From Candidatus Thorarchaeota archaeon (lineage in GTDB: Archaea > Asgardarchaeota > Thorarchaeia > Thorarchaeales > Thorarchaeaceae), in the NCBI GenBank assembly GCA_003345545.1, contig PRDH01000035.1, positions 1-64,000 of the forward strand: a stretch of DNA of 64,000 nt. The letters are read 5' to 3'. Under the pieces are notes generated by a model. The model was given only the letters and a program-made list of their open reading frames with translations. It was not told where the DNA came from and did no database searches. Made by a program: the position numbers and the translations under genes. Shown here piece by piece: positions 1 to 9,611 of this stretch. The number at the start of each line of letters is the position of its first letter. Position 1 is the stretch's first letter.

Positions 1-943
1 CACACGTGACCCCGATTTCAGCTTTTCGGCGTTTGCCGACAAAGTGAACACGGAGTTAGTTGGCACACTGGGGAACTTCGTCTACCGAACTCTCTACTTC
101 ACCAAGGAACACTATGATTCTGTTCCAGAGGGAAAGTTCGAGAAATCGTTGAAGACGGAAGTAGAGAAGTCCATTGCGACAATCATTGATGCAGTCAATG
201 AATACGAACTCAAGAAGGCATCAGATGAGATACTCCGCTTAGCGTCCATAGGCAATGAGTATTTCCAGTCGAATCGACCTTGGGTACTTGTTAAGGAAGA
301 CAAGGTGAAATGCGGAGAAGTCCTGTATAACTCGGTCGCTCTTGTCAAGGCCATTGCTGTGCTTGTTGAGCCCATTATGCCAAGTGCTGCAGAGAAAATC
401 TGGAAGCAGTTAGGCTTCAAAGGTCCTGACGTCCACACTGTGCGTATTGAAGCGGCACTCGAGCCTCCAAAGGTAGGGACCAGGATTGTCAATCCTCAGC
501 CTGTGATATCAAAGATAGACGATGCCCTTCTGGCGTCATTGACGACCATAATCGATAATCGAATAAAGGCGGCCGAGGCAGCTCAACGAGGTGAACCAAT
601 AGTGGAAGAGAAAGTAACCATTACATTTGATGAGTTCAAGAAGCTTGACTTGCGAGCAGGTAAGATATTGAAGTGCTCGCGGATACCCCAAAAAGACAAG
701 CTCTTGCTTCTTGAAGTAGATATTGGAACAGAAAAGAGGACGATTGTCACTGGACTTGCTGATCAGTATAAACCCGAAGAGCTAGTGGGAATGACTGCTC
801 TGTTTCTGGCTAATCTCGAACCCAAGAAAATAGGCGGCGTCGAAAGCAAGGGAATGATCATCGCAGTGGAGAAGGGCGACCAACCCGGTCGTTGGCTCCC
901 AGTGAGACTTGATGGCGTGCCTCCTGGAAGTAAGGCTGCATAA
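1..943 (+). CDS. metG: Methionyl-tRNA synthetase, C-terminal part (anticodon-binding and tRNA-binding OB domains); 5' truncated by the window edge
   Basis: The frame is open from the window start (DPDFSFSAFADKVNTELVGTLGNFVYR). Motifs include GNEYFQSNRPW, PIMPSAAEKIWKQLG, ITFDEFKKLDLRAGKI and NLEPKKIGGVESKGMI. Confidence 0.95.
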   Translation, partial: TRDPDFSFSAFADKVNTELVGTLGNFVYRTLYFTKEHYDSVPEGKFEKSLKTEVEKSIATIIDAVNEYELKKASDEILRLASIGNEYFQSNRPWVLVKEDKVKCGEVLYNSVALVKAIAVLVEPIMPSAAEKIWKQLGFKGPDVHTVRIEAALEPPKVGTRIVNPQPVISKIDDALLASLTTIIDNRIKAAEAAQRGEPIVEEKVTITFDEFKKLDLRAGKILKCSRIPQKDKLLLLEVDIGTEKRTIVTGLADQYKPEELVGMTALFLANLEPKKIGGVESKGMIIAVEKGDQPGRWLPVRLDGVPPGSKAA

Positions 944-1283
944 TCGAATCAATGTAGGGGCGGAGTTCTTCTGCCCCGCATCCTGTTTCCAATGGTTTGT
1001 CACGTGGCAGGGTTTCTTGGTTATTGCTGATGACCCTCTGTTAGGAATCATGTTCCAGATCTGTTCTTGACTCCTCCCGATTCGTATCTAGTTTCTTCAG
1101 CAACTCCTCAGTCGATTCGAGGTGGAATGAATGACCGCAATTAAGACATCTAACAGTACCCTCAGAAGAAATATCATGGGTTGGATATCTGTATGACTCT
1201 CCGCAGGCTGTGCATCTGCCTCGTGTACCCACAAATGATGGAGATCTTGGTCTTGCACGTGTTTGGCGGTAAGAGTCCTTTTC
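814..1283. repeat. Direct repeat copy 1 (470 bp): metG 3' end, hairpin and 3' end of the convergent Zn-ribbon gene
   Basis: Aligns to 2939..3408 at a constant offset of 2125. The stop codons at 941/3066 and 1041/3166 coincide. Confidence 0.92.
952..981. terminator. GC-rich hairpin between convergent genes (copy 1; copy 2 at 3077..3106)
   Basis: atgtaggggcggag-ttc-ttctgccccgcat, immediately after the metG stop. Confidence 0.6.
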
Positions 1284-2894
1284 AATGTCGCCAGGTAACT
1301 CTGTGTTTCTCTTTTCTCGTACTGTCACTACCTGATAGAGGACTCCAAGAACCAAGATACCAATTGGCAAACTGAGCAAGAACATTCCTACCCAGCCGGG
1401 CAGATAACCTATTGGCATGCCACCCCAAAAGATAAGACCCACAAGAGGCACAAGAACGAAGAGAAGAAGCAGAACTTGAACTTGAAAGAGTCGCCAGACT
1501 GCTATCTTGTACTTCAATCCGGAACTACGAATTCCTATGAATGACTTTCCGCTTGCGTGTAGTTTCTCGAGTTCGCTCATGAGAGCTGGAACAATGATAT
1601 TGAAGAGCGGAAAGAAACTCAGTAAAAGCATTCGATAGTCAGGCGAGAAGGGAGTCTGTCGAAACCCAAAGACAATGAAGAAATCGTTCTCATACAAGGA
1701 CAAAGCGCTTGTGTGACCAGCAACGATCATTCTATGTTCAGAATCAAATTCAATTCCGCAAGGTTGTGACATTTCTCCAAGGAGTAGAAAATCGTACCAC
1801 TCTAGTCCGCCGGAAGAATTGCAGCTCAATATGAGCGTTTGAGTGGCTTGGGGAGCCTCAAACCTAGCAGAAAAGATTCTAGTTACTGAAGAGCCAGATA
1901 TCCGGCTTTCCACTCTGCCAAAGCCAAGTATATGCTCGCTTCCATTCAGACAGAATCCTTGAATTGTAATTCGGTAGTATTCGCCAACATCTAGTTCAAA
2001 ACTGCTAATCCCTTCACTGTCATACTTGTAGTGAGAGACCTGATTGTATCCTTTCCATGATGCTGTTGCAGTCACATACTCATCTACATTAGTTTCGAGA
2101 CCTGTCCAGATGAGCGAGGACGTGCGATTCCATCGCGAAGTGCCATTGAAATCGAAAGCAGCAATGAAAAAATCGCTGTAGTAATCATCAAATCCGTTCG
2201 CTTCATAGATACCTCCTGAGACGATAATTCCTTCTTCGGAACTCAGCCACATTGTTGTTACGTCAGTGCCGTTTGAATTAGAAGGACCATCCCAAGTAGT
2301 TCGCCACAGCTCAGCTCCCGAGGAGTTTAGTGCCGCTATGAGGCTTTGATGACCTGCTACACTGAGACTTCCCGCCAAGTATATGTTGTCAGTTTCCCTG
2401 TCAATCTCGAGTCCAAAGTAGTCAGAGTAATCGGGCCACCAGTACCAGCTGTACTTTATTCCAGGAAACTCCACTTGCCAAATGAGTTCTCCTTCAGAAT
2501 CGAGTTTTATGATAAGTCCTGTCGTTTCATCCTGATTTGCCCCTGTGATGCCTGCGAGAACTATGTTGTCCAAAGAATCAACTTCGACTCCGACAAGCAT
2601 ATCATGGTAGGAGATATTCCATGTCTTTGTCCATACTTCCTGCCCAGAAGAGGAGGCCTTCACAATATGGAATTTCGATGATTCAAAGAGACCTTCCCAT
2701 CGACCTCCCACGATAATGATGTTCTCCTGACTATCCATTGCCATATCTCTGGAGATATCATTATCCTCAGATCTGAAGACTACTTCATTTTCACTCCGAG
2801 GAGGTGCAAATAGCAGTGGGAAGTCTGCTATAAGAAGAACACTAACGACAAGAAGAGCTGTAAGGAGTGACGTGTAGACAGCAGCCCGACCCAT
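1041..2894 (-). CDS. Membrane-anchored protein with an extracellular beta-propeller-like domain, about 3 TM helices and a C-terminal Zn ribbon
   Basis: Likely start is ATG 2894 (MGRAAVYTSLL, signal/TM). Repeats DSQENIIIVG, DSLDNIVLAG, DRETDNIYLAG and DSEHRMIVAG; C-terminal CTAC...VRCLNC. The ORF-track extension to 3104 is antisense of the metG duplicate. Confidence 0.8.
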   Translation of the reverse strand: MGRAAVYTSLLTALLVVSVLLIADFPLLFAPPRSENEVVFRSEDNDISRDMAMDSQENIIIVGGRWEGLFESSKFHIVKASSSGQEVWTKTWNISYHDMLVGVEVDSLDNIVLAGITGANQDETTGLIIKLDSEGELIWQVEFPGIKYSWYWWPDYSDYFGLEIDRETDNIYLAGSLSVAGHQSLIAALNSSGAELWRTTWDGPSNSNGTDVTTMWLSSEEGIIVSGGIYEANGFDDYYSDFFIAAFDFNGTSRWNRTSSLIWTGLETNVDEYVTATASWKGYNQVSHYKYDSEGISSFELDVGEYYRITIQGFCLNGSEHILGFGRVESRISGSSVTRIFSARFEAPQATQTLILSCNSSGGLEWYDFLLLGEMSQPCGIEFDSEHRMIVAGHTSALSLYENDFFIVFGFRQTPFSPDYRMLLLSFFPLFNIIVPALMSELEKLHASGKSFIGIRSSGLKYKIAVWRLFQVQVLLLLFVLVPLVGLIFWGGMPIGYLPGWVGMFLLSLPIGILVLGVLYQVVTVREKRNTELPGDIEKDSYRQTRARPRSPSFVGTRGRCTACGESYRYPTHDISSEGTVRCLNCGHSFHLESTEELLKKLDTNREESRTDLEHDS

Positions 2895-2938
2895 ATGAAT
2901 CCAATAGATAATGCGGTTCCTTCCATATGAATCATTGC

Positions 2939-3408
2939 TCTCGAACCGAAGAAGATCGGCGGCATCGAGAGTCACGGCATGATCATCGCAGGGGAGAAGG
3001 GCGACCGATCCGGTTGTTGGCTCCCAGTGAGACTCGATGGTGTGCCTCCCGGAGGCAAGCCTGCATAGTCGAATCAATGTAGGGGCGGAGCTCTTCTGCC
3101 CCACATCCTGTTTTCAATGATTCGCCAGGCGACAGAGCTTCTTGCCGATTCCTAGTTACTCTCTGCTAGGAGACAAGTCCTAGACCCCTCTCTGACTCCT
3201 CTCGATTCACATTGAGTTTCTTTTGTAGCTCTTCAGTCGGTTCGAGGTAGAATGTATGACCACAGTTGAAGCATTTGACTGTGCTCTCAGAAGAGAAATC
3301 ATGGGTTGAATATCTGTATGACTCTCCGCAAGATGGGCATCTGCCTCGTGTTTCCCTAATCATTGGAGAGCCTGGTTTCCTATGTGTTTGCTGGTAGGAA
3401 TCCTTCTC
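2939..3408. repeat. Direct repeat copy 2 (470 bp)
   Basis: Diverged copy of 814..1283 at the same offset at both ends. Confidence 0.92.
2940..3068 (+). pseudogene. metG: Orphan duplicate of the last 42 codons of metG
   Basis: Translates LEPKKIGGIESHGMIIAGEKGDRSGCWLPVRLDGVPPGGKPA*, versus LEPKKIGGVESKGMIIAVEKGDQPGRWLPVRLDGVPPGSKAA* in metG. Confidence 0.9.
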
Positions 3409-3843
3409 GGTGTACACTTTCGCTACTGCACGCCCAATGTACCCGAAGACAACCATATAACCAAGAACGCCAATCGCCGCAAGAAATACGAGCGGACCTG
3501 GGAGAGAATAGGATGATATTATGATGTCAGTGAACGGCATCAACAGGATTTGCGTTGGTATGAAAACAAGAAAGCCCTGAACAATCCAATTCTCTATATT
3601 GCTCTTGCAGTTGAGCGACCAAAGATACTCCGAGCTTGCCACGTTGATAATACCTATGACAATAAGCAGCAATAGAGAAAATGTGACGTTCAATATGAGG
3701 AGACTAGAGGAGGTCCAATATAATAGGCTCCCCTGAACCCAAAACAGTGTGCATGAGATGATGAGTAGCGTAGCTCCGTGCAGGATGTAACTTGCTAGAT
3801 CCGATGAGAAATCTCTGTTTTCTCCTTGACATATTGTCACCAC
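3166..3843 (-). CDS. Multi-pass membrane protein with a C-terminal Zn ribbon
   Basis: About 4 hydrophobic segments. The last 80 aa are paralogous to those of 1041..2894 (GRCPSCGESYRY...VKCFNCGHTF). Confidence 0.8.
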   Translation of the reverse strand: MVTICQGENRDFSSDLASYILHGATLLIISCTLFWVQGSLLYWTSSSLLILNVTFSLLLLIVIGIINVASSEYLWSLNCKSNIENWIVQGFLVFIPTQILLMPFTDIIISSYSLPGPLVFLAAIGVLGYMVVFGYIGRAVAKVYTEKDSYQQTHRKPGSPMIRETRGRCPSCGESYRYSTHDFSSESTVKCFNCGHTFYLEPTEELQKKLNVNREESERGLGLVS

Positions 3844-3965
3844 TGATTCCCCTCTCGTTTAGGACAAAAGCACGATGGACCGTGCAGACTTAACGATTTT
3901 GGTGTCTGTTACTGCCCCATCAACATAGATGCGAATCCTTTAGTGCAAGAAAACACACAGAAAAA

Positions 3966-4039
3966 CGGGCGTTGGTAAGATATCATGGTGACTGACTACC
4001 ATCGGTTACCACACCCAACTGATATCTTATTCTCGCCCG
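3966..4039 (+). other. Long imperfect hairpin in a divergent intergenic region (structured RNA or DNA element candidate)
   Basis: Nested stems cgggcg/cgcccg, taagatatca/tgatatctta and tggtgactga/tcggttacca, with a 6-nt loop and an 8-nt bulge. Confidence 0.55.
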
Positions 4040-4083
4040 CCTCTTTTGAAGTCATATATTCTTGATGACCAGATTCGCATACG

Positions 4084-4674
4084 GTGCGAATAGGACGTGA
4101 GGTGAAGGAGTCATTGTCAAACTCTGTCATTCTACTGAGGCATGCGGAAACTAGTATCAATCCTTCTCTTCCTGCTCATGAGTGGTCCATTACGGCGGAC
4201 GGAATCAGAAAGACGCGCGAGCTTGCGAAATCGGATATATTCACGAAGATTGATGGCATTGTCCACTCAAGCGAAAGGAAGGCGAGGCAGACCGCAGATA
4301 CATTTGCAGAGGCGCTTCGAGTAGACCTGTATGAGCTACCCGAATTCGATGAGTTGCGCCGTCCGGCTGGAATGCCTCTATCGAATCGCGAGTATCGCCT
4401 CCTTGTCAGGGAGGCCCTTACCAACTTGGGGCGTGGTCCTTCTGGGTGGGAGTCTGGAGCGCAGGCTTTGAAGAGATTCTCAGAGGCTATGAAACGAATC
4501 AACATCATGTTCTACGACAAGAACATACTTGTCGTTTCACATGGCATTATACTCACTCTGTACTTCTCTCAGTTGCGTAATCTTCAGTCAATCGCGTTTG
4601 AACGATGGACGCAGATGCCTTTCTTAGCATGGGGTCTTGTCCGAGATGGACGCGTGCTGATTGATATCATCTAG
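4084..4674 (+). CDS. Histidine phosphatase (phosphoglycerate mutase-like) family protein
   Basis: LLRHAET, SSERKARQTA, WESG and ILVVSHG motifs. Confidence 0.9.
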   Translation: MRIGREVKESLSNSVILLRHAETSINPSLPAHEWSITADGIRKTRELAKSDIFTKIDGIVHSSERKARQTADTFAEALRVDLYELPEFDELRRPAGMPLSNREYRLLVREALTNLGRGPSGWESGAQALKRFSEAMKRINIMFYDKNILVVSHGIILTLYFSQLRNLQSIAFERWTQMPFLAWGLVRDGRVLIDII

Positions 4675-4790
4675 GTTTCTTCGCAGCTGAAGCTGGCCCT
4701 TTCATGCTCCGGAGCGGCTCTGCTTTTGGGAAATCCTAAAAGCGCACAGGTCTAGTATATGCCAGTGACACGTTTCCCGGGGGCATCAAC

Positions 4791-5270
4791 ACGTCTGAAC
4801 CAGAGGATGATGATTCGGCAAGCGCTACTGATTCGGGCGACTCTATCAGGCACACAGAGAATGGGCATGAACTGGTCAGATACAGCTGGGAGGGCCTTGC
4901 AACATGGACCTCTCCCCGCTGGGCTCTAGGATCCCTGGGAGCGCTTGTTCTTCTGTTCGTGGTCCGTTCGTGGTTTTCTGCATTCGCGGCAGGGAGCGGC
5001 TCTCTCGAGTACGTGATATACGAACTTACAGACTGGCTCATGATATGCCTGGAGTTTCTATTGTTTGCCTATGTGGTGCAACATATACGCGGTTCGTTAC
5101 AAGAAGCGGAGCTTAGCCAAGAGAAACCTGTTCCTGGCAGAGTGAAGTGTCCTCATTGTTGTGCTCTCTACTTGTACCCGGATTCAAGTATTGATGTAGA
5201 TGATACAGTGGAATGTCAGAATTGCGCAACGAGGTTTGCTATGCCTAGGACGGCTCCCAGCGACTGGTAA
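4791..5270 (+). CDS. Two-TM membrane protein with a C-terminal Zn ribbon; start uncertain (ACG 4791 or GTG 4959)
   Basis: The frame is open from 4740. GTG 4959 lies inside the first TM segment (WALGSLGALVLLFVV). C-terminal VKCPHC...TVECQNC. Confidence 0.65.
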   Translation, partial: TSEPEDDDSASATDSGDSIRHTENGHELVRYSWEGLATWTSPRWALGSLGALVLLFVVRSWFSAFAAGSGSLEYVIYELTDWLMICLEFLLFAYVVQHIRGSLQEAELSQEKPVPGRVKCPHCCALYLYPDSSIDVDDTVECQNCATRFAMPRTAPSDW

Positions 5271-5491
5271 TGAGTGAGGCTTGGTTCCGGAGCAATGCGA
5301 ATCCTCCCCAGGGGAGGCTCAATCCTAATGTGAGTAGAAGAACGTTCCTTCTGAGGGACACAGGCGAGAACATGCTTATTCAGTCGACTGCACTCTTATC
5401 CGACATGCAGACAATAATGATGGACGGTGCACACTGGCTAACCACAGCTCAATCCTCACAGGTGTGAGTGGGCCCCTCAGAAGCGAAGTGT

Positions 5492-5992
5492 CTACCTTAT
5501 TGCCTGAAGGGTCTCTAGGAGGCGAGTCAAGTCAGGACAAGCTCCATGTTCTCCTGACAGGATCTCTATATGACGAATCGTCCCCTTCTTATCGATAACG
5601 AAGAGTGCCCGCTTGCCGTATCCTTCATTTGGCATAAAGCAGTCATACTTGAGGGTTACTCTTCCCAGTGGAGAATGGTCCGAGAGCAGCGGGAAGCCGA
5701 GCCCCCCGAGTTTCTGAGTCCATTGTTCGTTCATAGACACAGAGTCCATGTTCATCCCTAAGACCTGAGCATGCAGTGCACTGAAGTCCATCAGGTGCTC
5801 CTTGTAGAACAGGAGGTAGTTCTTACAGGAATCGTTGAGTTTCCCAGGATTCAATACAAGGACAACATTGGAGCCTCCTCGGTAGTCTGAGAGGCGGATA
5901 TTCTTTCCATCTTGATCAGGCAAGTCAAAGTCTGGAGCCTTTTCCCCAGCATTGAGACAGACGTTTTGTTCGACTAGTATCATTTTCTGCAC
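5492..5992 (-). CDS. Peroxiredoxin / AhpC-TSA (BCP/AhpE-like) protein
   Basis: GEKAPDFDLPDQDG, PGKLNDSC, FPLLSD and RALFVIDKKGTIR. Confidence 0.88.
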   Translation of the reverse strand: MQKMILVEQNVCLNAGEKAPDFDLPDQDGKNIRLSDYRGGSNVVLVLNPGKLNDSCKNYLLFYKEHLMDFSALHAQVLGMNMDSVSMNEQWTQKLGGLGFPLLSDHSPLGRVTLKYDCFMPNEGYGKRALFVIDKKGTIRHIEILSGEHGACPDLTRLLETLQAIR

Positions 5993-6046
5993 CCACCGAT
6001 AATTAGTTCACTATAGTTAAATATCTTTGGGAATGGCCTCGTGACA

Positions 6047-6104
6047 GTTACATCCAATATGTAACGGAAATGCTTATATTATGTAATGTATAATACCATT
6101 ACAT
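6047..6104. promoter_or_regulatory. Archaeal TATA-like box flanked by two inverted-repeat operator-like sites
   Basis: GTTACAT-ccaat-ATGTAAC (6047-6065), cttatatt (6073-6080) and ATGTAATG-N8-CATTACAT (6081-6104). Confidence 0.6.
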
Positions 6105-6360
6105 GCAATCTGCAATACATGGCGAAGGGTCTCAATGGTCCAAGAGGAGATGTTGGGGAATCACTGATGACGCAAAGAAGTCAGGGTCCTCGGAAGATCG
6201 CGGAATGGAGATTCGGGACTCAGAACGCTTGATCCCGCATAGTTCCGTTATGCAGTAAGAAACGAGGTAGTGCGGAGGTGAAGTGAAATGGAATCTATCC
6301 GGAATTCAAAGAGAGGCAATCAATGGCCTAAGAAGGCACCATGCTGCGACGCAATAGCTT

Positions 6361-6876
6361 ATGCTTATCAATACCGGCATTAGAGGTCGTAGCATCAGCC
6401 ACTCAGGTGACAAGAGAATACGCTGGTGGTTGCCACCAGTTTATTCTCAACTCTATTCTTCTTCCAGTATTGTTCAACGAACTCACGAAGCTCCCTGTGG
6501 CTTTTCTCGGGGATCTTATACTATCTCCATCCTACTAAGGACAATGGTGGCTCAAGTAAACATTCAGATGATGAACTATATTGTTCATGACACCCGAGGC
6601 CTACACGAGAATGATGTGGTTTACTATACTGCCGTTGAGATTGCAGATGAGATAATGAAAGGAATAGATCGATTGACATACTCAAATACAATAGACTTCG
6701 CAACACTATTCATCGCAAGCTCACGCGCCCAGCTCATCATTCTCGCAAGATCATTTGATGAAGAGCTGATAGCACCGGCATTTCGGAGCACGTTACGAGG
6801 CGTCAGTTTCGACACTGAATCTGGCTATCTTCAGAAGTGTGTGATACCCATGCTCGAAAACGAATCAGAGGCATGA
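6361..6876 (+). CDS. Hypothetical protein (N-terminus possibly disrupted)
   Basis: 171-aa ORF. A strong GGAGGTGA at 6274 precedes an out-of-frame ATG at 6288. Confidence 0.55.
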   Translation: MLINTGIRGRSISHSGDKRIRWWLPPVYSQLYSSSSIVQRTHEAPCGFSRGSYTISILLRTMVAQVNIQMMNYIVHDTRGLHENDVVYYTAVEIADEIMKGIDRLTYSNTIDFATLFIASSRAQLIILARSFDEELIAPAFRSTLRGVSFDTESGYLQKCVIPMLENESEA

Positions 6877-7043
6877 ATCGCCAATTCTTGGGTCTATGCT
6901 TCTCTGTGGAAGACACTAGGACTTCAGTCAATTGGTGGGCTGTTAAGTTAGCGTCATCTGGCTTTTCACCGTCCAGCAACATACTAAAATGCAGCTCGCA
7001 AAAAAGCAAAAATCAAAGAAATGCTAGAATTCAAAGTCCAAAT

Positions 7044-7631
<588 letters not shown>

Positions 7632-7639
7632 GCCTTCCT

Positions 7640-7714
7640 GTGTAGAACTCTTTGGCTTTCGGCATGTCGCTGACAGCCATATTGAAACATCATAAGTTTG
7701 TTGACTACTTGCAT
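7640..7714 (-). pseudogene. Frameshifted N-terminal fragment of a VOC/glyoxalase-like gene
   Basis: AAGGAG precedes the ATG. Removing one T gives MQVVNKLMMFNMAVSDMPKAKEFYT, matching the VOC motif VSDxxxAxxFY. Confidence 0.6.
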
Positions 7715-7766
7715 ATATGACTCCTTTTTAATGCAATTATCAGTGTTGTTACATAATCTAGATACC

Positions 7767-7917
7767 ATGACAGAGATGAATCCTAAGGTTGATGTACATT
7801 TAAGTAAAGCCAAAAAGTGGCAGGAGGAGTTGGGGAAATTTAGAACGATTATTCTTGACTGTCAGCTGACCGAAGAATTGAAGTGAGGTGTTCCTTGTTA
7901 CACGTTTCAGAAAAGTA
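7767..7917 (+). pseudogene. Truncated YdeI/DUF1801-family gene with a nonsense codon
   Basis: MNPKVDVHLSKAKKWQEELGKFRTIILDCQLTEELK*GVPCYTFQK. The TGA replaces the conserved Trp of KWGxPCY, and the fragment is cut at the direct repeat. Confidence 0.8.
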
Positions 7918-8023
7918 GTGGGCTGTTAAGTTAGCGTCGCTGACTTTACAGCTCATCAATTGGGTGAGTTCATAAGTTGGTGTTTAGCCCTTTTTTAATG
8001 AATAGCTTGAGGAGACAATCTCA

Positions 8024-9151
8024 GTGAACCTTGAACCCTTCAATCTTGAGCGTATACAGTCCGAATGGGAGCATTTTGTGGACTTCAATCTGAGCGAGAG
8101 CGGTGTTGAACCACTCAGGATAATAGACCTCCTTGAGACGACTGAGCTCAAGGATCAGTTCCTCAATATGCAGCTGGGATACTCCCAGACTAATGGCACT
8201 GTGCCATTGCGCGAAGCAATCGCCCAGTACTATCCTGGCTCCGGAGCTGAGAACATACTTGCTACGAATGGAGGGGCGGAGGCTAACTTTCTTGTCACTT
8301 GGTGGCTCTTCCATGAGAATCCCCTTCGTCGCGAACTTGTCTTCATGGTTCCGAACTACATGCAAATGAGCGGCATCTGGAAGGCCTTTGGAGGTAAGGT
8401 CAGGACATGCAAGCTTCAGATGGCAAAGAGAGGCTGGATTCCCGATATTGAATCACTGAAGGACGTCGTGACGGACGGGACTGCGGCTATCATGATCTGC
8501 AATCCAAACAATCCAACGGGCTCGATAATTGACACGAGCAGTCTGAAAGCAATTGTGGAGATTGCTGATGAGAAGGGGGTCTGGGTTGTTTCTGATGAGG
8601 TCTATAGGGGCGCAGAGATGAAGGAGGAGAAATCACCGTCGATGTTTGGTCGATATGACAAGACTATCGTCACTTCTAGCCTATCAAAGGTCTGTGCACT
8701 TCCAGGACTTCGGCTGGGATGGGCGGCCTGTCCTTCTCAAGAGGTGGCTACGCAACTCTGGAACTATTCTGACTACACGACCATTTGTCCCTCAAAGATG
8801 AGTGATTGGCTGGCAGTCCATGCGTTGAGGCCCGAATTCAGAGCCAAGATTGAGCAACGCACAAGGAAACTCATTCGAGAGAACTGGTCCATCACAAAGA
8901 AATGGCTGGACTCTTACTCCGCCCTGTTCGAGTATGTGCCCCCTTCTGCTTCCGCGATTTGTTTCATCAAGCAGAAGACAGGACTCTCATCCCTGGAACT
9001 AGTGATGCGGCTGCTGAAGGAGAAGAGTGTCCTTATCGCTCCAGGTGAATACTTCGAGGTGCCAGGATTCATTCGTATTGGATTTGGCGCAGATAGAGAG
9101 TATCTTGAGCGGGCTTTTGAGAGATTCTCTGAGTTCCTAGATGCGCTCTAG
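8024..9151 (+). CDS. PLP-dependent aminotransferase, class I/II
   Basis: NPNNPTG, SDEVYRG and SSLSKVCALPGLRLGW. Confidence 0.93.
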   Translation: MNLEPFNLERIQSEWEHFVDFNLSESGVEPLRIIDLLETTELKDQFLNMQLGYSQTNGTVPLREAIAQYYPGSGAENILATNGGAEANFLVTWWLFHENPLRRELVFMVPNYMQMSGIWKAFGGKVRTCKLQMAKRGWIPDIESLKDVVTDGTAAIMICNPNNPTGSIIDTSSLKAIVEIADEKGVWVVSDEVYRGAEMKEEKSPSMFGRYDKTIVTSSLSKVCALPGLRLGWAACPSQEVATQLWNYSDYTTICPSKMSDWLAVHALRPEFRAKIEQRTRKLIRENWSITKKWLDSYSALFEYVPPSASAICFIKQKTGLSSLELVMRLLKEKSVLIAPGEYFEVPGFIRIGFGADREYLERAFERFSEFLDAL

Positions 9152-9611
9152 CCTACTTCTCTGATGTTGACATCGGGATTCATCCGAGAAGTGCTTCACA
9201 GAGAGTTAGAGTGAAACTGAGCTGTGATTGCAGAACGGACACCTTCCAGCGGAGAAAAGGGATTATGAATCCTCGAAAATGCACGATGTGTGCATTGCGA
9301 GCCTCCTTGCCTGCACAAAATTGTCATATTCGCTCAAAGTGATTTTGTGATTGCAGTGGTCCATTTCTATCGGTTTCGAAAGAACCATTTTCCTATGAGC
9401 TTTCCCATATCATGCAGTTGTTTCCAAGTGAACCTGCTGCAGGATGCAAGATGAAGAATGATGATGCCTGGAAAAATGAAGAGCCGCATCTCATCGGCCA
9501 GAGACAAGAAGCCTCACAAATCTCCGACAGACACGATGTCAATATGCGAGTTCTCTCGTATATACTACAACGGTCCATGACAGCATGGGAAAATCATAGG
9601 AGGAAGAAGCG

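Noticed and set aside
2895-3104. N-terminal 70 aa of the 687-aa ORF in the track
   Set aside because: It is largely the antisense reading of the duplicated metG tail and hairpin; the signal-like segment starts at ATG 2894.
7884-7886. In-frame TGA as selenocysteine or genetic code 4
   Set aside because: It replaces a conserved Trp, TGG is used elsewhere in the same fragment, and the gene is truncated anyway. A nonsense mutation is the simpler explanation.
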